Positions 59,757 through 64,000 of a DNA stretch of 64,000 bases are shown here, in pieces. The notes beneath the pieces were generated by a model, which was given only the letters and a program-made list of their open reading frames with translations, was not told the origin of the DNA and made no database searches. The DNA is from a bacterium (GTDB lineage Bacteria; Desulfobacterota; DSWW01), in contig JBFLZG010000123.1 of the NCBI GenBank assembly GCA_040756235.1, positions 12,658 to 76,657 of the forward strand. Direction: 5' to 3'. Numbering within the stretch: position 1 is the stretch's first letter; each line of letters opens with the position of its first letter. The translations under genes were made by a program, and so were the position numbers.

Positions 59757-60431
59757 ATGGAAGTGCTGGAAGCCATCAGGGCCAGAAAGAGCATCCGCGG
59801 ATTCAAGCCCGACCCGGTCAGCAAAGAGATCCTGCACGAGATTCTGGAGGCCGCGTGCCGGGCTCCTTCCGCGATGAACACCCAGCCATGGGAATTCTTC
59901 GTCCTTTCGGGGAAGGTCCTGGACGAGGTGCGGCACAAGAACATCGAGTGCATACGCTCCGGCAGGCCGCCGGAACCCGAGCACAGAGTGGTCGGATGGC
60001 CCCAGGACAGCGTCTACCGGCAGCGCCAGGTCGAGCTGGCCAAGCAGCTCTTCCGGCTCATGGGAATCCGCAGAGAGGACGCCGGGAAGCGGGCGGAATG
60101 GATGGAGCGGGGCTTCCGTTACTTCGGAGCGCCCGCCTGCATCATCGTGGCTTCCGACAGGTGTCTGACCGAATCCGGGCCTCTGATCGACGTGGGGGCG
60201 GTCATCCAGAACATCTGCCTGGCCGCCCTGGAGCACGGGCTCGGGACCTGCATCGAGGACCAGGGAGTCATGTTCCCGGGAGTCCTGCGCGAGGTCGCGG
60301 GCATCCCGGGCTCCAAACGGATCCTCATGGCCGTGGCCATCGGATACCCGGACCGGGATTTCCCGGCGAATGCGGTACAGACGGAGAGGGAGCCCGCACG
60401 GAACCTGGCGACGTGGCTGGGCTTCGAGTGA
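59757..60431 (+). CDS. nitroreductase family protein
   Basis: RKSIRGF, APSAMNTQPW, FGAP, GLGTC, AIGYPD. Confidence 0.92.
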   Translation: MEVLEAIRARKSIRGFKPDPVSKEILHEILEAACRAPSAMNTQPWEFFVLSGKVLDEVRHKNIECIRSGRPPEPEHRVVGWPQDSVYRQRQVELAKQLFRLMGIRREDAGKRAEWMERGFRYFGAPACIIVASDRCLTESGPLIDVGAVIQNICLAALEHGLGTCIEDQGVMFPGVLREVAGIPGSKRILMAVAIGYPDRDFPANAVQTEREPARNLATWLGFE

Positions 60432-60558
60432 GAGGCTGGCGATAAACGGCCATCTGCGGCGTTGCGCTCATCCTTCGTCACTGCGGCGTACTACCGTGTA
60501 CGCCTCATTCCTCAGGATTTCGCGCGCCTTGCATCTGGCCGTTTCTCACCAGCCTCTC
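60430..60558 (-). mobile_element. 129-bp MITE (inverted copy of 49117-49245)
   Basis: Same length and near-identical sequence in reverse orientation; overlaps the nitroreductase stop codon. Confidence 0.8.
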
Positions 60559-60617
60559 TGAGGGTGCTTCTGAGGAAATGCTCCCTCGTGCGGGGGAAGC
60601 AGCGCGAAACACTCGGA

Positions 60618-61094
60618 TCAGTGCACCAGAGGAATCTGGGAGATGATCTTCTGCAGGCGATTGAGGATTCCGATGTAGCGCTCGAAATAGACCTTGGCCA
60701 CCTCGCCCATGACCAGGGAGCCGGCCTTGCTGTTCGCCTCGAGGAGGCCCCCGAGCTTTCCCGCATCGATCCCCAGCACCTCCGAATCCTCGGCACAGTA
60801 AGCCTCGAGGGTGTAGAACCCGGATCCGAGCAAGGGGCCTACGCCGAAGAGATCGCCTCCGCCGACCCTCGAGACGACGATCTTCGCCTCGTAGTCCCGG
60901 CCGTGCGTACGCAGGTGCACCGAGCCCTCCAGGAGGAGGTAGATCTTCTCCGCTTTCTGGTTGTGCAGATAGATCTTGTCCCCCTTGAGGTACTTCCGTC
61001 TTTCCGCAAACCGGCCGATCGCCTCGATGACGTCCTTTCCGAGCCCGCTGAAGAGCGGCTGCTCCTTCCAGTCCGACTTGCCGCTAGCGCTCAT
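60618..61094 (-). CDS. stand-alone cyclic nucleotide-binding domain protein
   Basis: LFSGL, G..IY...Q.A..IY.L.EG.V, G.LFG; no HTH. Confidence 0.8.
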   Translation of the reverse strand: MSASGKSDWKEQPLFSGLGKDVIEAIGRFAERRKYLKGDKIYLHNQKAEKIYLLLEGSVHLRTHGRDYEAKIVVSRVGGGDLFGVGPLLGSGFYTLEAYCAEDSEVLGIDAGKLGGLLEANSKAGSLVMGEVAKVYFERYIGILNRLQKIISQIPLVH

Positions 61095-61158
61095 GATGCC
61101 CTCCCCTCTCTGGCATGGGCCCTGCGGCGCGACATCTCTCCCCGGGTCGAGAGAGGCG

Positions 61159-63468
61159 TCACGCCAGAGCCCACAGCACCACCACCCTGGTCCCTTCCCC
61201 GGCAGCGGATTCGATGAGAAAGGAGCCGCCCGTCAAGGTCGCTCGCTCTCTCATGCTCGAAAGGCCCAGACCGCGGCCATCCGCCTCCCTCGAGGAGATC
61301 TCCCCCGGGTCGAAGCCGCACCCGTTGTCCCGTATGGAAAGGACGATTGCGTCTCCGGTCTTCCTGAGGGACACCTCGACGGCATCCGCCCGGCTGTGCT
61401 TGCGGATGTTGTGCAGCGCCTCCTGCAGGATCCTGTAGATCGGCACCTTCAACGCAGCCGGGATGTCCTTCTCGTCCACTTCGACATGCTTGTCGATACG
61501 GACCGTGGGGTAGGTTTTCAGATACTCCCGGCAGAACCAGCTCATGGTGGCCACGACTCCGAGATCGTCCAGCATCGGCGGGCGCAGCTCCGATTGGATC
61601 CTGCGGCTCTCGTCGATGCACCGCTGCAGGTAAGAGATCACGTCCTCGATGATATCCGCGCCCTTCTTGCTCCTGCCGAGCTTGATCGCCAGGTCCTCCA
61701 CCTTGCACTTCAAAGCGGTCAGCCCTGAACCCAGGCTGTCATGGACGTCGATGGCGATCCTCCTCCTTTCGTCCTCCTGCACCGTCAGCAGCTGGGAAGA
61801 CAGGCGCTTCAGCTTCTGCTCCGATTCCAGCAGCTCCGTGGTCTTCTGCTGAATACGGGTCTCCAGCTCGTCCAGGGATTGCTCCAGGGAGGTCTCGATC
61901 GCCTTGTGCTCGGTGATGTCGGTCAGAAGCGCGTAGAAGCCCACCACTTCGCCGTTCCGCCGGTCGGGCATGCAGCGGATGCCCAGAGTCATGGAAGAGC
62001 CGTCGGGCCGGCGAAAGGAGTTGTCGAAAGCCACGGCTTCGCCCGACGACAGCAGAAAATCGATGAACGGAAGCGCCTTGGTGTACGCCCTGTTCCCGAT
62101 GAGCTCCGGGAGGGCTCTCCCGATCGTCTGCTCGGGGCGGAGCCCCAGCCACTTACGCACCGTGGCGTTGACGAAGCGCACCCGGCAGTCCTTGTCGACG
62201 TAGGTGATGCCGGCCGGCACGCTGTCCGTGATCAGCCGGAGCCGCTCCTCGCTCTCCCGCAGGGCCTCCTCGGCCTGCTTCTGGACCGTGACGTCCCGCG
62301 CGACGCACAGAATGGTCTCGATCGTCCCGTCCCGGGCGAATTCCGGCACCACCTGGAGACTGAAATGCACGGGCCCGTCAGCGGCCGGATATACATACTC
62401 GAGGCTCCGGGGCAGGCCGGTCTCGAGGACCTCACGGCCGCAGTCGCTCCAGAGCCGGACCAGGTGCGGCGGCAGACCCAGCTCTTCGCTCGTCCTGCCC
62501 AGGAATTCCTCGGGTTTGCGGCTCGAGAAGCGGGTGACCGCAGAATTGACGAACACGTAGCGCAGGTCTCTGTCGAGCCGGACGATGACGTCGGGAGCGT
62601 GGTCGGTCAGAGTCCTCAACTCCAGCTCCCGCCGGTTCAGCTCCTTCAGGATCTTCTCCCGCTCGCTCACGTCAGAGGCCATTCCGAGCACGCGAACCAG
62701 TTTCCCATGATCCCCGAAATACCCGCGACCCGTATCCTCTACTGCGACCACGGAACCGTCGGGCCTGACCACCCGGTACAGAATGCGGTAGCTGTCGGCC
62801 TCCGGGGTAAGGCCCCGGAGAGCTGCCAGGAAGCCGGCCCGGTCCTCGGGATGGATCCGCTGCAGGAAGTTGCTGCCGGTGTCGTGCGTGAGGCTCTCCG
62901 GGAGCCCGAGAATGCAGGCCGATTCGTCGGTACGCGTGATCCGGTCGGTCTCGGGAATCCACTCGAAGGCAATGCTGCGCCCCACCTGCATGGCCATCCG
63001 CAGGCGCTCGTTGCTGTCGCGCAGGGCCTCTTCCGCGCGCTTGCGCTCCCGGATGTCGATCCCGATGCTGATCCGGGTGTCGTCGGAGAGCCGGATGCTG
63101 GCCCAGGCGGTATCGACCACGCTGCCGTCCTTTGCGATCACTCTGCTGTCGCGCCAGGCCCGCTCCTGGGACTGCATGTGCCGCCAGGCCTTTTCCCGGC
63201 AGACCGGGTCCGGGTAGCACTCCTCCAGAAAACCGCTCCGGCTCGCGTCCTCGTTGGACCAGCCGAGCACCCGCTCGAAATGCTTGTTGACGAGAAACCG
63301 CTTCAGCTCCCGATCGGAGACCATGACCATGACCGGGAGGTTGTCGAGGATGCTCTCCAGGGTCATCACCTCGACCGCTCGGCGGCTCTTGCGCGCGCGG
63401 CCCAGGCTCGCGGAAGACTTGTCGGTCTCTTCGGAAGAGCGCCCTGGCGACTTGCAGAGATCTGTCAT
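61159..63468 (-). CDS. multi-PAS cytoplasmic sensor histidine kinase (HisKA_3/NarX-UhpB type)
   Basis: Four PAS/PAC-like repeats, EDERRRIA.DVHD, LRP..LDDLG, QEAL.N..KH, DNG.GF, GLGL..MRER; start codon uncertain (63468 chosen). Confidence 0.9.
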   Translation of the reverse strand: MTDLCKSPGRSSEETDKSSASLGRARKSRRAVEVMTLESILDNLPVMVMVSDRELKRFLVNKHFERVLGWSNEDASRSGFLEECYPDPVCREKAWRHMQSQERAWRDSRVIAKDGSVVDTAWASIRLSDDTRISIGIDIRERKRAEEALRDSNERLRMAMQVGRSIAFEWIPETDRITRTDESACILGLPESLTHDTGSNFLQRIHPEDRAGFLAALRGLTPEADSYRILYRVVRPDGSVVAVEDTGRGYFGDHGKLVRVLGMASDVSEREKILKELNRRELELRTLTDHAPDVIVRLDRDLRYVFVNSAVTRFSSRKPEEFLGRTSEELGLPPHLVRLWSDCGREVLETGLPRSLEYVYPAADGPVHFSLQVVPEFARDGTIETILCVARDVTVQKQAEEALRESEERLRLITDSVPAGITYVDKDCRVRFVNATVRKWLGLRPEQTIGRALPELIGNRAYTKALPFIDFLLSSGEAVAFDNSFRRPDGSSMTLGIRCMPDRRNGEVVGFYALLTDITEHKAIETSLEQSLDELETRIQQKTTELLESEQKLKRLSSQLLTVQEDERRRIAIDVHDSLGSGLTALKCKVEDLAIKLGRSKKGADIIEDVISYLQRCIDESRRIQSELRPPMLDDLGVVATMSWFCREYLKTYPTVRIDKHVEVDEKDIPAALKVPIYRILQEALHNIRKHSRADAVEVSLRKTGDAIVLSIRDNGCGFDPGEISSREADGRGLGLSSMRERATLTGGSFLIESAAGEGTRVVVLWALA

Positions 63469-63943
63469 CGGCCGGTCCTCGCAGCCACAAAGGCAGCCCG
63501 GCGGGCTTTCAGCCAAACCAAACAGATGTTTACAATATCTGAAAACCGGCATGGAGAACAGAGAAAAAATTCTCTGCAGACGGGGGTGGCACCGCCTTCC
63601 GTCGAAGGCGCGGCGCAGCAGGCACCTCGCGCGGCGTGGCTCGAGGGGTACTGGCGGATCCGGTCCCGCGGGCGGGGAACAAGGGAAGATCGGCCCGGCA
63701 CCGCTGCTTGCGGAGCGCCGGGCGCTACCGCTCGATGGCAGGCGCTGAGTGCCGTTTTCGAAAACTGGGCAGCTGGCAGGGGCGTATGGCCATACGCCCC
63801 CTGCAGCTGAATACGATTCCGTGCTTGTGAATCCGTTTCGTAATATTCGCGCCGACGTGTACGACTAAGTACCTGTCTGCGTAAATACGCTAACGTATTT
63901 GTGTGCGGGAGCGAGCTGGCGATGATGCTGCCAATGCCCGATT

Positions 63944-64000
63944 TTGCGAGGAGGCTTTGCGACGTGGCAACCCCCCTGTTTCGGGGGATCGCCACGCTCG
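63944..64000. repeat. TTGCGAG-type REP-like palindrome (cut by window edge)
   Basis: TTGCGAGGAGG...CGTGGCAACCCCCC..GGGGGATCGCCACGC. Confidence 0.5.

Overview
GC-rich bacterial DNA. The gene content (CCG-domain Fe-S protein, cytidylate-kinase-like/BON protein, sigma-54 promoters, a selenoprotein) suggests an anaerobic deltaproteobacterial (Desulfobacterota-like) organism; this is inference only. About 50 CDS are present, mostly for CoA-dependent catabolism of acyl or lipid-like compounds: three acyl-CoA synthetases, an acyl-CoA dehydrogenase, an APH-like kinase plus partner, a Cys-less thiolase + DUF35 + MaoC, SDRs, an MMPL transporter, MmsA, a GlcD/GlcF-like pair and an anchorless SdhAB-like pair. 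There are also stress and housekeeping genes (dodecin, ChaB, MPG glycosylase, baeRF, LipB, flavin disulfide reductase, pirin, DUF72, a nucleotidyltransferase/metallophosphoesterase pair, a PAS histidine kinase). Main points the ORF track does not show: (1) a DsbA/FrnE-like selenoprotein with in-frame UGA (UxxC) and a SECIS-like hairpin; (2) an lvaABCE-like kinase/ACAD/ligase cluster next to a divergent SdhAB-like oxidoreductase; (3) a candidate TetR operator seen three times; (4) several non-autonomous repeat families (a ~129-bp MITE, GTAG REPs, CCCTCTCCC palindromes, heptamer arrays, an exact 121-bp duplication) with a shared nested mini-module; (5) gene remnants (nuoN-like, esterase-like). 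No CRISPR array, tRNA, rRNA, transposase or integrase was recognised. All family calls come from motif recognition by eye, not database searches.
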